Origin: an uncultured Chloroflexia bacterium
Lineage (GTDB): Bacteria; Chloroflexota; Limnocylindria; Limnocylindrales; CSP1-4
Direction: 5' to 3'
Length of the DNA stretch: 64,000 nucleotides
Assembly: GCA_963833225.1 (NCBI GenBank)
Contig: CAWHXD010000019.1
Span: 416,001 to 480,000, forward strand
Numbering within the stretch: the stretch's first letter is position 1; the number at the start of each line of letters is the position of its first letter. Of this stretch, positions 50,317 through 59,589 are shown one piece after another. The translations under genes were made by a program, and so were the position numbers. Under the pieces are notes generated by a model. That model worked only from the letters and a program-made list of their open reading frames with translations. It did no database searches and was not told the DNA's origin.

Positions 50317-50734
50317 GCGGCCGGCGAGCGGGCAACGCGCCGACCTGGAGCATCAGCCCCACCTGGTCCGCGACGCCCCAGTGCTCCACGGCCTTGCCGG
50401 CCTCGAACCGGAGAATGTCGATCACATCCACCTCGACCGGCGCGCCCGACGGGGGGTTGCCCATGACGGCGCCCGTGTTGACGCCGCGAGCCTTGTTGCG
50501 GGTCCACACGATGTCGCCGGCAACGGCCAAGTCCTCGACCGTGAGCGAGAACTCCGACATCCACCGGTGCAGCGTGGCGGCCACCTCCTTGGCGCCGTCG
50601 CGGCCCGCATGGTTGCCGCGCTGGTGCTCCACGATGTCCTCGGCCATCAGCTCGTCGAGCACGGACAAGTCGCCCTGTCCCATCCCGACCTCGATCAGGC
50701 GACGGGTGCGATCCTCGAGGTCAGCAGCATGCAT
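50306..50734 (-). CDS. SnoaL-like ester cyclase / NTF2-fold protein
   Basis: GDLSVLDEL, VEDL...GD.V, G...G.PPSG..V....IDILRF..GK.VEHWG..D. AAAGGAG RBS. Confidence 0.88.
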   Translation of the reverse strand: MHAADLEDRTRRLIEVGMGQGDLSVLDELMAEDIVEHQRGNHAGRDGAKEVAATLHRWMSEFSLTVEDLAVAGDIVWTRNKARGVNTGAVMGNPPSGAPVEVDVIDILRFEAGKAVEHWGVADQVGLMLQVGALPARRPPIG

Positions 50735-50751
50735 TGGGACGCTCCTTTCAG

Positions 50752-50788
50752 TAGAGTGCAACTCTATTTGAATAGAGTGATACTCTAT
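50752..50788. promoter_or_regulatory. Twin TetR-type operators overlapping an extended -10 promoter
   Basis: TAGAGTGCAACTCTA and TAGAGTGATACTCTA palindromes; TG-A-TACTCT ends 6 nt before the tetR ATG. Confidence 0.8.
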
Positions 50789-50792
50789 CGGC

Positions 50793-51422
50793 ATGGCAGA
50801 TGTCAAGCCCGGACCTGGAGCTCGCCGACCGACCCTCCGCGCTGAGCGTGCACAGGTCACGCGCCGGCGGATCGCTGCTGCGGCTCACCGGCTGTTTGCC
50901 CGTGACGGCTATGCGACGACGACCCTCGCCGGCATTGCGCTTGAGGCGGGCGTCGCCGTCCAGACGGTGTACGCGGTCTACGGCTCCAAGGCGGGCATCC
51001 TGGCCGCGCTGCGCGAGTCGGTGGTCGACCAGCCGGAGGCCGAGGCCCTGTACGCGCAGGCGATGGCTGAGCCCTCGGCACCCCGGCGCATCGAGCTGTT
51101 CGCCAGGTCGATCCGTCGTCGCTGGGAGCTGTCGGGAGACGTGGTGGCGATCCAGCGGGACGCCGGCACCGCGGATCCCGCGATCCGGGCCGCCGTTGCC
51201 GCGATCCTCGAGCGACGCCGGAGGGGGATCGGGGCGCTGGTGGCGAGGGTGGAGCCGGCGCTGGTCGAGGCCGTCGATGTCGCGCATGCCGCCGCTGTCG
51301 TCGATGCGCTCACGCTGCCCGAGGTCTACGCGGAGCTGGTCCAGGTCCAGGGGTGGTCGCCTGACACCTACGAGGCGTGGCTGGCCGCGACGCTCACCCG
51401 GGAGCTGCTGGGCTCAGCCTGA
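50793..51422 (+). CDS. TetR/AcrR-family transcriptional regulator
   Basis: TRRRIAAAA.RLF..DGY..TTL.GIA.EAGVAVQTVYAVYGSKAGIL. Confidence 0.93.
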   Translation: MADVKPGPGARRPTLRAERAQVTRRRIAAAAHRLFARDGYATTTLAGIALEAGVAVQTVYAVYGSKAGILAALRESVVDQPEAEALYAQAMAEPSAPRRIELFARSIRRRWELSGDVVAIQRDAGTADPAIRAAVAAILERRRRGIGALVARVEPALVEAVDVAHAAAVVDALTLPEVYAELVQVQGWSPDTYEAWLAATLTRELLGSA

Positions 51423-51935
51423 GGCAGGAGGGCCGGGCCGGAACCCCACCATGCGGAGCTGCTCCACGACCCGTCGCCGAGCCTCTGGCGTGCCGTCGTA
51501 GCGCCAGCCGACCAGGCTCGAGAGCACCCGCCAGACCACCGGCCGGATCAGCCGGTTCTGCCGCTCGTACTCGGCCAGGATCGCCGTCGCCTCGTCCGTC
51601 TCGAGCACCCGGTGCACCGGCACGTACCGGTCGCGCCCGATCCGGACCTCCTGCGCCAGGCCGGCCTCCACGTTGTGAAGCCAGCCGGTCTTCACGCCCC
51701 AGCCGGCGACGACGACCGCCTCGCGGATCGACTTGTCATAGCGGACCACCTCGAGGACCGTCTCGCGTCGCAGGCCCGTGCGACGTCCCTTGGTCACGAG
51801 GAACAGGAAGCGGCGGCCGAACAGGAAGCCGAGGCCGGCGTGGTACAGGTGGACGGGCAGCCCCAGCAGCAGGCGGAGCAGGCCGCGCGGCGGAGAAGGC
51901 TGGTCGGCGACGGGTTCGCCGCTCGGTTCGGTCAT
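51414..51935 (-). CDS. Deazaflavin (F420)-dependent nitroreductase family protein (DUF385)
   Basis: LP..LY..GLG.L.G.RFL.L.TKGRRTG.RRETVLEV, VVAGWG....W.HN. Confidence 0.88.
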   Translation of the reverse strand: MTEPSGEPVADQPSPPRGLLRLLLGLPVHLYHAGLGFLFGRRFLFLVTKGRRTGLRRETVLEVVRYDKSIREAVVVAGWGVKTGWLHNVEAGLAQEVRIGRDRYVPVHRVLETDEATAILAEYERQNRLIRPVVWRVLSSLVGWRYDGTPEARRRVVEQLRMVGFRPGPPASG

Positions 51936-52013
51936 GTCCTTGCTCCCAGTGCCGCCCCGGCGCCATGTGCGTCGTAGCGGGTCCAATGATAGCCAACTGG
52001 CAAGCAATTGGAT

Positions 52014-52466
52014 ATGCTGGCGAGCGTGACATCCCATGATCCCCTGGCGGCCCTGGACCGCATCGTCATCGGGGCCATCGGCCTGACCACGCACGCGCTC
52101 GCCGAGGCCGCTCCCGCGACCGAGCTGACCTTCCCGCAGTGGCGCGCGCTCCTGATCCTCGGCGAGGACCAGGACGGCGCCCGGGTGGGCCAGGTGGCCA
52201 CGCGGGTGGGTGCCACGCTGCCGGCGACCAGCCGCCTTCTGCGACGGCTCGCCCGGCGCGACCTCGTCGCCCTCGTCCCCGACGAGCTCGACCATCGGGC
52301 CACGCGCGCCAGGCTCACGGTCCGCGGCCGGGAGGTCCGGATCGCGATCCTCGCCTACCGCGGCGCGGCGCTGCGGGAGATCGCCAGCCGCCTGGACGAC
52401 CGTCATGGGGGCCCGACCCGGTCGTCGCTCGAGGCCCTCGCTGAGGCGTTCGAGGCGTACGCCTGA
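52014..52466 (+). CDS. MarR-family transcriptional regulator
   Basis: ELTFPQWRAL, VG.TLPATSRLL.RL..RDLV, D.R....RLT.RG. Confidence 0.9.
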   Translation: MLASVTSHDPLAALDRIVIGAIGLTTHALAEAAPATELTFPQWRALLILGEDQDGARVGQVATRVGATLPATSRLLRRLARRDLVALVPDELDHRATRARLTVRGREVRIAILAYRGAALREIASRLDDRHGGPTRSSLEALAEAFEAYA

Positions 52467-54547
52467 TGCAGGACCTCCGCCCGCGTTTCGACGCCAGGAT
52501 GCGGCGGATGCAGCGGCGGATCCGGTCCGCCAGCTACCTGCGGAAATGGGTCGTCCTGGGCGCCCTGATCGGGGTCGTCGGTGGCCTCGGCGCGATCACC
52601 TTCTATACCGCCCTGGACGTGGCGACCCACCTGTTCCTCGGGGTGCTGGGCGGCTACGTCCCGCCGTCGCCCGCCGGGGAGGGCGGCGCCCCCATCGTGG
52701 CCGGCTTCGACCGGCCCTGGGCCATCCCGCTCGTGGTCGCGCTCGGTGGACTCATCTCTGGGCTCATCGTGTTCCGCTTCGCCCCGGAAGCGGAGGGACA
52801 CGGGACGGATGCCGCGATCGCCGCCTTCCACCACCACCCGCGCGGGATCCGTGCACGCATCCCCCTCGTCAAGCTCGTCGCCTCCGCCGTCACCATTGGC
52901 TCGGGCGGCTCGGGCGGCCGCGAGGGCCCCACGGCCCAGATCAGCGCCGGGTTCGGGTCCTATCTCGGCCGGCTCCTGGACCTCGACGCACGAGACGCGC
53001 GGATCGCCGTTGCCGTCGGCATGGCCGCGGGGATCGGGGCCATCTTCCGGGCGCCGCTTGGTGGCGCCGTCCTGGGTGCCGAGCTCCTGTACCGCGATGA
53101 CGTGGAATCGGATGCCCTGGTCCCGTCGTTCATCGCCACGATCGTCGCCTACTCGATCTTCGGGACCGTCGAGGGGTTCAGCCCCATCTTCGGCGCGCAG
53201 GCACGGTTCGGGTTCAGCGATCCGGCACAGCTCGGCTGGTACGCGCTGATCGGTCTCGTGTGCGGCCTGGTGGGCCTGCTCTACATCCGCAACTTCTACG
53301 GCGTGACGGCCTGGTTCAGTCGATGGGCAGCGCCTCGCTGGCTCAAGCCGGCGATCGCGGGGTTCGTGGTCGGATGCATCGGTCTCATCATCCCCGGCGC
53401 CCTGGGAACCGGCTACGGCTTCCTCCAGGCCGGCCTCGACCGCGATGCCCTCGCGGCGATCCCGCTGTGGATGGTCCTCCTGCTGCCGTTCGCCAAGATC
53501 CTCGCGACCTCGCTCTCGATCGGCTCCGGCGGTTCGGGCGGCATCTTCGGTCCCGGGATGTTCATCGGCGGCATGCTTGGGGCCGCGATCTGGCGGCTCC
53601 TCGAGCCCATCGCCCCCGCCATCCCGGCGGATCCCGCCCCATTCGTCATCGTGGCCATGATGGCTGTGTTCGGCAGCGTGGCCCACGCACCGCTCGCGGT
53701 GATGCTGATGGTGGCCGAGATGACCGGCAACCTCTCGATGCTGGCTCCGGCGATGGTCGCTGTCGGGCTCGCCATGTTCGTGGTGGGCCCGCGGTCCATC
53801 TACAAGAGCCAGCTGATCACGCGGGCGGACTCACCAGCACACCGCTTCCGCTTCGCGCTGCCCCTGCTGGCCGCGGTCGCGGCCGGTGACGCGGCCCGCC
53901 AGGCGCGCGTGATCGTCCAGTCGGACGAGACCGTCGCAGCGGCTCGCGGGCGGATGATCGCCGCCGGTGTCCCTGGAGCCCCCGTGATCGCGCGCGACGG
54001 AACGGTCACCGGCGTGGTGGACCAGGAGGCCCTCGACGGCGTGCCCGATGACGAGCTCGTGGGCCACCACCTGACCGCTCAGGAACCGATCCTGGTGGCC
54101 GAGGACGGCCTCGATGACGCGCTGGGCGCGCTCGCCGACCACGCCCGGGACTGGGCACCCGTTGTCTCGGGCCACCGCCTGATGGGCATCCTGTCGGTTC
54201 GTGACGCGATGGGCGCCTATCGCTCCGCTCTCAACAGCAACGTCCGGCAGGTGCGCGGGTTCCGGGCGGACGGCGTCATCGTGGAGACCGAGGTCGTGAA
54301 GGGGTCGGCGCTGGCCGGCCGCACGGTGGCCGGCGTCCAGTGGCCGCGGAAGGTGGTCGTGGTCGCCATCGAGCGCCACGAGACGCTGCTGGTCCCGCGG
54401 GGCGATCTGGTGATGGAGCCGGGCGACAAGATCTCGCTGTTCGCCGACACCGGGGCAGCCGCCGAGCTGGACACGCTGCTGCACGCCGAGGCGCCACCTG
54501 TCGCCGACGCCGAAGGCGGGGATCCGGCCCCGACACCCGTCGCCTAG
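52466..54547 (+). CDS. ClC chloride channel/transporter with CBS pair and C-terminal RCK_C (TrkA-C) domain
   Basis: EAEGHGTD, GGSGGREGP, IFRAPLGG, GGSGGIFGP, MVAEMTG; degenerate CBS pair; GS.LAGRTV....WP..VVVVAIER......PRGD.VMEPGD. Confidence 0.92.
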   Translation: MQDLRPRFDARMRRMQRRIRSASYLRKWVVLGALIGVVGGLGAITFYTALDVATHLFLGVLGGYVPPSPAGEGGAPIVAGFDRPWAIPLVVALGGLISGLIVFRFAPEAEGHGTDAAIAAFHHHPRGIRARIPLVKLVASAVTIGSGGSGGREGPTAQISAGFGSYLGRLLDLDARDARIAVAVGMAAGIGAIFRAPLGGAVLGAELLYRDDVESDALVPSFIATIVAYSIFGTVEGFSPIFGAQARFGFSDPAQLGWYALIGLVCGLVGLLYIRNFYGVTAWFSRWAAPRWLKPAIAGFVVGCIGLIIPGALGTGYGFLQAGLDRDALAAIPLWMVLLLPFAKILATSLSIGSGGSGGIFGPGMFIGGMLGAAIWRLLEPIAPAIPADPAPFVIVAMMAVFGSVAHAPLAVMLMVAEMTGNLSMLAPAMVAVGLAMFVVGPRSIYKSQLITRADSPAHRFRFALPLLAAVAAGDAARQARVIVQSDETVAAARGRMIAAGVPGAPVIARDGTVTGVVDQEALDGVPDDELVGHHLTAQEPILVAEDGLDDALGALADHARDWAPVVSGHRLMGILSVRDAMGAYRSALNSNVRQVRGFRADGVIVETEVVKGSALAGRTVAGVQWPRKVVVVAIERHETLLVPRGDLVMEPGDKISLFADTGAAAELDTLLHAEAPPVADAEGGDPAPTPVA

Positions 54548-54557
54548 GCCGTGCCGG

Positions 54558-55376
54558 CTACGCCTCGGTGGCCGCGATCAGGTCGTCGTACCCGGACGGG
54601 TCCGGGGCAACCCAGCGGTGGACGTACTCGAGGCGCATCGGCTCGCGGATCTGCGGATCGTCCTCGTCCATGGTCATCAGCAGCTCCACGAACCGGGCAT
54701 GGTCCGCCCGCGTCGCGTCGAGGACCGTGAAGTTGCAGTGGTTGAACGGCGGCGAGGTCCACGCGATGGCCAGTCCCTTGTCCGCCCCGGCGTCACGGAC
54801 CGCGGCCCACGTCGGCGCCGACACGACGCACGCATCGAGCTCGCCCGCCGCCAAACGCTCCAGCTGGGCGAACTCGGCTCCGCCGGTGTCACCGTGCTTG
54901 CCGAGGTCCCGGTCGAGGCGTTCGCCGCGGAAGGCGACCAGGGGGTCGAACCCGGACCGGCGCATGGCGAAGGCCGGCAGGATCCAGGCCTGGGGCGAGT
55001 CGCTGTCGCCGAACCCGACGCGCCGGCCGCGCAGTGCCTCGAGCCCGCCGCCGGCGGCGGGTGACCCGGCGGGCACGACGACGAGGCTGGTCCATCCTCG
55101 GTCGGTGTCGCGCATCGCGATCGGCCGACAGCTTCCGCCGGTCGCTCGCAGCGTGGCCACGTACGCAAGGTTCGTGTTCCACGCCACGTCGATCCAGCCA
55201 TCCGCCAGGGCGGCCACCTGCTCCTCGTAGGACGAGAACAGGACGTACTCCAGCGGCACGCCCCGGTCGCGGAACCAGCGCCGGAACGCCTCCCAGATGG
55301 TGACCACCTGCGCCTTGTACGCGACCGCCCCGACGCGGTAGACGGCCCGCCCCGAGGGCTTCATCACGCTCCCCAT
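54558..55376 (-). CDS. PhnD-like SBP-fold protein without signal peptide (Rv1680-like)
   Basis: VGAVAY...VV.IWE, YVLFSSY, IDVAWNTNLAYV, MRDTD, DS.QA.ILP, GKHGDTG..E, HCNFT. Matches remembered Rv1680 motifs. Confidence 0.85.
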   Translation of the reverse strand: MGSVMKPSGRAVYRVGAVAYKAQVVTIWEAFRRWFRDRGVPLEYVLFSSYEEQVAALADGWIDVAWNTNLAYVATLRATGGSCRPIAMRDTDRGWTSLVVVPAGSPAAGGGLEALRGRRVGFGDSDSPQAWILPAFAMRRSGFDPLVAFRGERLDRDLGKHGDTGGAEFAQLERLAAGELDACVVSAPTWAAVRDAGADKGLAIAWTSPPFNHCNFTVLDATRADHARFVELLMTMDEDDPQIREPMRLEYVHRWVAPDPSGYDDLIAATEA

Positions 55377-56521
55377 CAGAACAGGTCCATGCCGAGGAGC
55401 GCCTTGCCGACGAAGTCGCGGAGCACGTCCGTGGTGGGCGCCATCACCGTCCACGCGCGAGCGTCCCGGAAGTTCCGCTCGATCCCGAGGTGCCGCGAGA
55501 ACGCCGCCCCGCCGCAGGCACGCATCGCCGCATCGGTGACGTCGATCGCCATCTCGGCCGCCGCGGCCTTGAGCGCGAGCACCCCCAGCCGGGCTTCCGG
55601 CTCGCCGTCCTCGACCTGGCGGGCGACCTCGTAGAGCAGCGCCCGTGCCTGCATGTGGCGGATCTTCGCCTCCGCCAGGCGGGCCCGGACGCCCGGGATA
55701 TCCGCGAGCGACGAGCCGAGGTGCTGGAGGCGCGCGCCGCCGACGTGGTCCGTCGCGGTCGCGAGGGCCGCCGCGGCGATGCCCATCGAGGTGGCGGAGC
55801 CGGACAGCACGAACCAGGGGAGGGTGGCCGACATCATCAGCCCAAATCCGGAGCCGGGATCGCCCAGGCGTCGGTCCACGTCGACCTGGACCCCGCGGAA
55901 GGTGACCGGTGCCGAGGCATTGCCACGCATGCCGAGCCCGTCGAAGGCGACGGGAACGGCCAGGCCGTCGGAACGGGAATCAACGACGTACAGCTCGGTC
56001 TCCAGCGGGCTGGTTCCCCCCACGGCTCCGGTTGCCGCCACGTAGGAATCGGCTTCACCGGCCGAGGTCACCCATGACTTGTCGGCATCGATCGTGACGC
56101 TGGCTCCGGGACCTGGGAGGGCTCGCGACACCTGCGCCCAGAAGTGGCTCCGGGACCCCTTCTCGCTGTAGGCAAGCGTCGTGAGGTGTCGTCCGGCGGC
56201 AATCTCCCGCAGGATCTCCGCCTTGATCCCGTCGTCAGGCCCGGTGGTCCCCCCGGCGATGGTCCGCGAGCCGACGAGATGCATCGTGTAGACCATCCCG
56301 GTCGAGGCGCAGGCAGCCGCCACCTGCTCCACCACCCCCACAACCTCGGCCGCCGTCGCGCCGGCTCCCCCATAGGCGGTCGGCACGGCAAGGCCCAGCA
56401 GGTCGCTGCGTCGCAGGGCTTCGACCGCCTCGGCGGGGAAGCGGGCGGAGTGGTCGACGTCCGGGGCGTTGGCGCGGATCACCTCGATGGTCGCCTCGAG
56501 GTCGGGGGTCGCGACGGTCAT
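55376..56521 (-). CDS. Acyl-CoA dehydrogenase family protein (Rv1679/FadE16-like)
   Basis: LAYSEKGSRSHFWA, ADKSWVTSAG, GMRGNASAP, LPWF, ARLQHLG.SL, AMRACGGAAFS.HL.IERNFRDARA..VMAPT. Confidence 0.9.
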   Translation of the reverse strand: MTVATPDLEATIEVIRANAPDVDHSARFPAEAVEALRRSDLLGLAVPTAYGGAGATAAEVVGVVEQVAAACASTGMVYTMHLVGSRTIAGGTTGPDDGIKAEILREIAAGRHLTTLAYSEKGSRSHFWAQVSRALPGPGASVTIDADKSWVTSAGEADSYVAATGAVGGTSPLETELYVVDSRSDGLAVPVAFDGLGMRGNASAPVTFRGVQVDVDRRLGDPGSGFGLMMSATLPWFVLSGSATSMGIAAAALATATDHVGGARLQHLGSSLADIPGVRARLAEAKIRHMQARALLYEVARQVEDGEPEARLGVLALKAAAAEMAIDVTDAAMRACGGAAFSRHLGIERNFRDARAWTVMAPTTDVLRDFVGKALLGMDLF

Positions 56522-58074
56522 CTGAAATCCTCCACGTTGGTCGAGAGCCCGGTCTCGGGTTGGGCCAGGGCGCGCGTCGAGTCGGGCGCAGCCTGTTCAT
56601 TGGAGCGCGCCTCGATGACGGCTCGATGACGGGCCAGCCAGGCGGCGGTCCGGGGCGCCCTGGCGGGCTCCTCGACCACGGTGGGCGCCAGGGCGAGCAG
56701 GTCCGCGAGCGTGTCGATGTCTGGCCACGACTCGCCGGTGGCGGGCCGCCAGCCGGCACCGACAAGGCCCGCCTGCGTGGCGGCGCGAGCCGTGGTGCCG
56801 CCCAACCGGACGACCTCGAGGGCACCCCTGAGTCGCCGCTCCAGGGCCCGGCGGCGACGATCACGCAGGCGGGCCGGCCACCATGGAGGAGCGCCGGGCC
56901 AGCGGAGGCCGATGAGGTGATATCCCCCGTCGGGAGTTGGCCCCAGCACCGCCGCATCACCAGCCCGCCCGAGGCGCTCCAGCGCGGCCAGGATCACGTC
57001 CTCGTGGATCGACGGGTTGTCGCCGGCAACCGCGATCGCCCGGTCGGCCCCGGCGTCGAAGGCGGTGAGGAACACGTCCACGAGCGCCCCGGCAAGCCCG
57101 GAGGAGGTCTGGACCCGGATCGCCCAGTCGCGACCGACCAGGTCACGGATCGGAGCGACGTCCTCGATCCGCGGAACCATGATCAGGGTCGATGCCCGCG
57201 AGCGATCGGCAGCCCGGACGAGACCCGCCGCCGTGTCTGCGAGGCACGCGGCCCATGCCGAGGCCGTCAGTTCCTCGCCGATCTCCCTGGCCAGCCTGGT
57301 CTTGGCGTGGCCCGCGCCGGGCGCCTTGGCCATCAGCGCGAGGACCGGCGCCGGTCGGCGCTCGCGGACCGTGGTCTCGATCAGGGCCCTGGCTGCCGCT
57401 GCCGAGCCGCGCGGGGAGCCGGACACCTTGCTGGTCCCGCCCTGCCGGGGTCGGAAGCGAACGGCGATCTCGCGGATGACCAGGCCGCGGTCGGCCAGGG
57501 CCCGGGCGACCAGCTGGGCGGTCCATCCATACCCGTCGTGATCCAGCGCGAGGCGTCGGAGGGTGCCTGCGCGCAGGACCTTCGCCGGCGGCAGGTCGTG
57601 GACCCGCCGTCCCGTCAGCTGGCTGGCCAGGGCCGCGACGAGCGTGTTGCCGACCCGCGCGTGCCAGGGCATGGCGCCGCGCTCGATGAGCCGGCCCGGA
57701 CGACGCCCGAGGACCACGTCGGCGTCGGGGAGCGCGGCGGTGAGGCGCCCAACGTCGGCAGGGTCGCACGAGCCATCGCCGTCGAGGAACGCCACGGCAT
57801 CGTGCTCGTGACCGTCCGGGGCCGGGGCGAGCGCGACGTCGGTCCCGGTGCGGCAGGCGCGCCCGTAGCCTCGCCGCGGCTCCAGGATCAGCCGCGCTCC
57901 CGCCGCGGCCGCGACGACGGCGGTGGCGTCCCGAGAGCCCCCGTCGACGACCAGCACGCAGCACGCGGTCCCGTCGAGGAGACCTGCGACCACAGCCCCG
58001 ATCGCCGCCTCCTCGTCGAGCGTGGGGATCACGGCTGCCACCCGGAGCGGCACCCTGGCCGACGGCACGGTCAC
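56518..58074 (-). CDS. GT2 (Dol-P-Man synthase-like) glycosyltransferase fused to DUF2064 (CofC-like GT-A) domain
   Basis: VIPTLDEE..I, VVDGGSRD.T, RRGYGRAC..G, FLDGDGS, R.GG.SKVSG; then LMAKAPGAG.AKTRLA, GDNP, VLGPTPDGGYHLIG, DIDT..DL. Confidence 0.88.
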   Translation of the reverse strand: MTVPSARVPLRVAAVIPTLDEEAAIGAVVAGLLDGTACCVLVVDGGSRDATAVVAAAAGARLILEPRRGYGRACRTGTDVALAPAPDGHEHDAVAFLDGDGSCDPADVGRLTAALPDADVVLGRRPGRLIERGAMPWHARVGNTLVAALASQLTGRRVHDLPPAKVLRAGTLRRLALDHDGYGWTAQLVARALADRGLVIREIAVRFRPRQGGTSKVSGSPRGSAAAARALIETTVRERRPAPVLALMAKAPGAGHAKTRLAREIGEELTASAWAACLADTAAGLVRAADRSRASTLIMVPRIEDVAPIRDLVGRDWAIRVQTSSGLAGALVDVFLTAFDAGADRAIAVAGDNPSIHEDVILAALERLGRAGDAAVLGPTPDGGYHLIGLRWPGAPPWWPARLRDRRRRALERRLRGALEVVRLGGTTARAATQAGLVGAGWRPATGESWPDIDTLADLLALAPTVVEEPARAPRTAAWLARHRAVIEARSNEQAAPDSTRALAQPETGLSTNVEDFR

Positions 58075-59581
58075 GGTGCGTCGCTCGAGACAGGTCCGAG
58101 CAGCGTGAACCGCCCGTCCGTGGCGATCACCCGGCGGTCCTCCCCGCGGATTCTGGTGATCGCCCGCTCTCGATTGGCGCTGGCCCAGGAGCTGGGGCTC
58201 CATGCGTCCGCGTCGAGGAGGACATAGCCCCCCGCGATGTTCCGGGGGTTGCGGTTCACCAGCCGGATCTCCGAACGGGACGCCAGCGGCGCTGCAAGCC
58301 CCTCGTCGACGACTAGGAGGGCGTCCGGCGGCACAGACCCGGCGATCATCCGCACGGCCCCGATTGCGGCGGGCCGGTGGTACGGCGCGGCCGCGCCCTG
58401 GTCGAACGGCGGCACGGAACCCTGGACGGCGGCGACGACCAGCGCCGGTCCCGCCAGGCCGACCACGCCGACCACGCGAAGCGCTCCTGCCCCCCGGGCC
58501 GTCGCGCGTGGCGCCCAAGCCAGGCGAGCGCCCGTCGAGCGCCGAACGCGGCCGCGACGAGCGCCGGCGCCACGAGGATGATCGGGTACTGGAGGAGCAG
58601 CAGAGCCTGGGGTGGATGGTGCGAGAGGAGCACCGCCGCGAGTGGCGGTGCCAGAAGCAGCAGCCAGCGGGGCCTGAGGAGCGGCAGCCCGGCGAGCGAC
58701 ACGAGGAGCCCGGCAACCTTGAACCAGGTTCGATCCTGGGTCAGCGCGGCGATCACCCGGTCGGGCATGCGGAACGGGGTGAGCAGGATCCCGGGTCCGG
58801 AGCCCAGCCAGCGGTAGTAGGCCGCGGTGTCGACGATCGCCCCGTCGCGCGCGATGGGCATCAGGATCCCGAACACGATGACCGCCCAGGCGGTCGCGAC
58901 GATCGCCAGGGCGGCGCCTCGGCGACGTGCCCGACCATGCGCCAGCCCCCACGTCGCGAGGCCCACGACGAACACGGCATAGGTGACATCCTCGCGGGTG
59001 GACAGCGCGAGCGCGGCCAGGATCCAGGTGGCCGCTCCTCGGCCGGTCAGGGCTGCCCAGCCGGCCGCCAGGGCCAGCACGACGCCGGCGACCTCGGGAT
59101 GGAAGTCGGCCCGGATCACCTGTTGGGTGACCGCCCAGGCGGGGATGGGCAGGGCGAGCCCCAGGGCAACCAGCCCGGCGTGGCGGCTCGGCCGGAGCGC
59201 CGCACGGAGGAACAGGAAGCCTGCCGGGGCCAGCGCCGCGACCGCCATCGCATGCAGCAGGCTGAGCAGGCGAGCGTCGAGCCACAGGCCGCGCTCCAGG
59301 AGCGCCGGAACGACCAGGATGGGCGAGAAGTGCAGCCCCAGGAACGACCCGTCGCCAAAGCTGGTCAACCACGCCCCGTCCTCGCCGACCCGCCAGACCA
59401 GCTGCTGGAAGAACGCCTGGTCGTACGCCGGTGTGGCCAGGCCGTCCGCGCGGGCCAGGAGCAGCGACGCGATCCAAACGGCCGCGAGGACCGACACCCC
59501 GCAGATCACGACCGCCGTGCCAACCGATGTCAGGTGGCGCGGACGAGGCCCGACGGTCGATGTCTCTCCGACCAGCGCCAC
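58071..59581 (-). CDS. DUF2079 family multi-pass membrane protein (GT-C-like; frameshift at G6 run ~58490)
   Basis: AYDQAFFQQ.VW, FLGLHFSPIL, DFHPE, TRED, QY. C-terminal VPPDA domain is in a second frame. Confidence 0.82.
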
Positions 59582-59589
59582 GATCGAGA

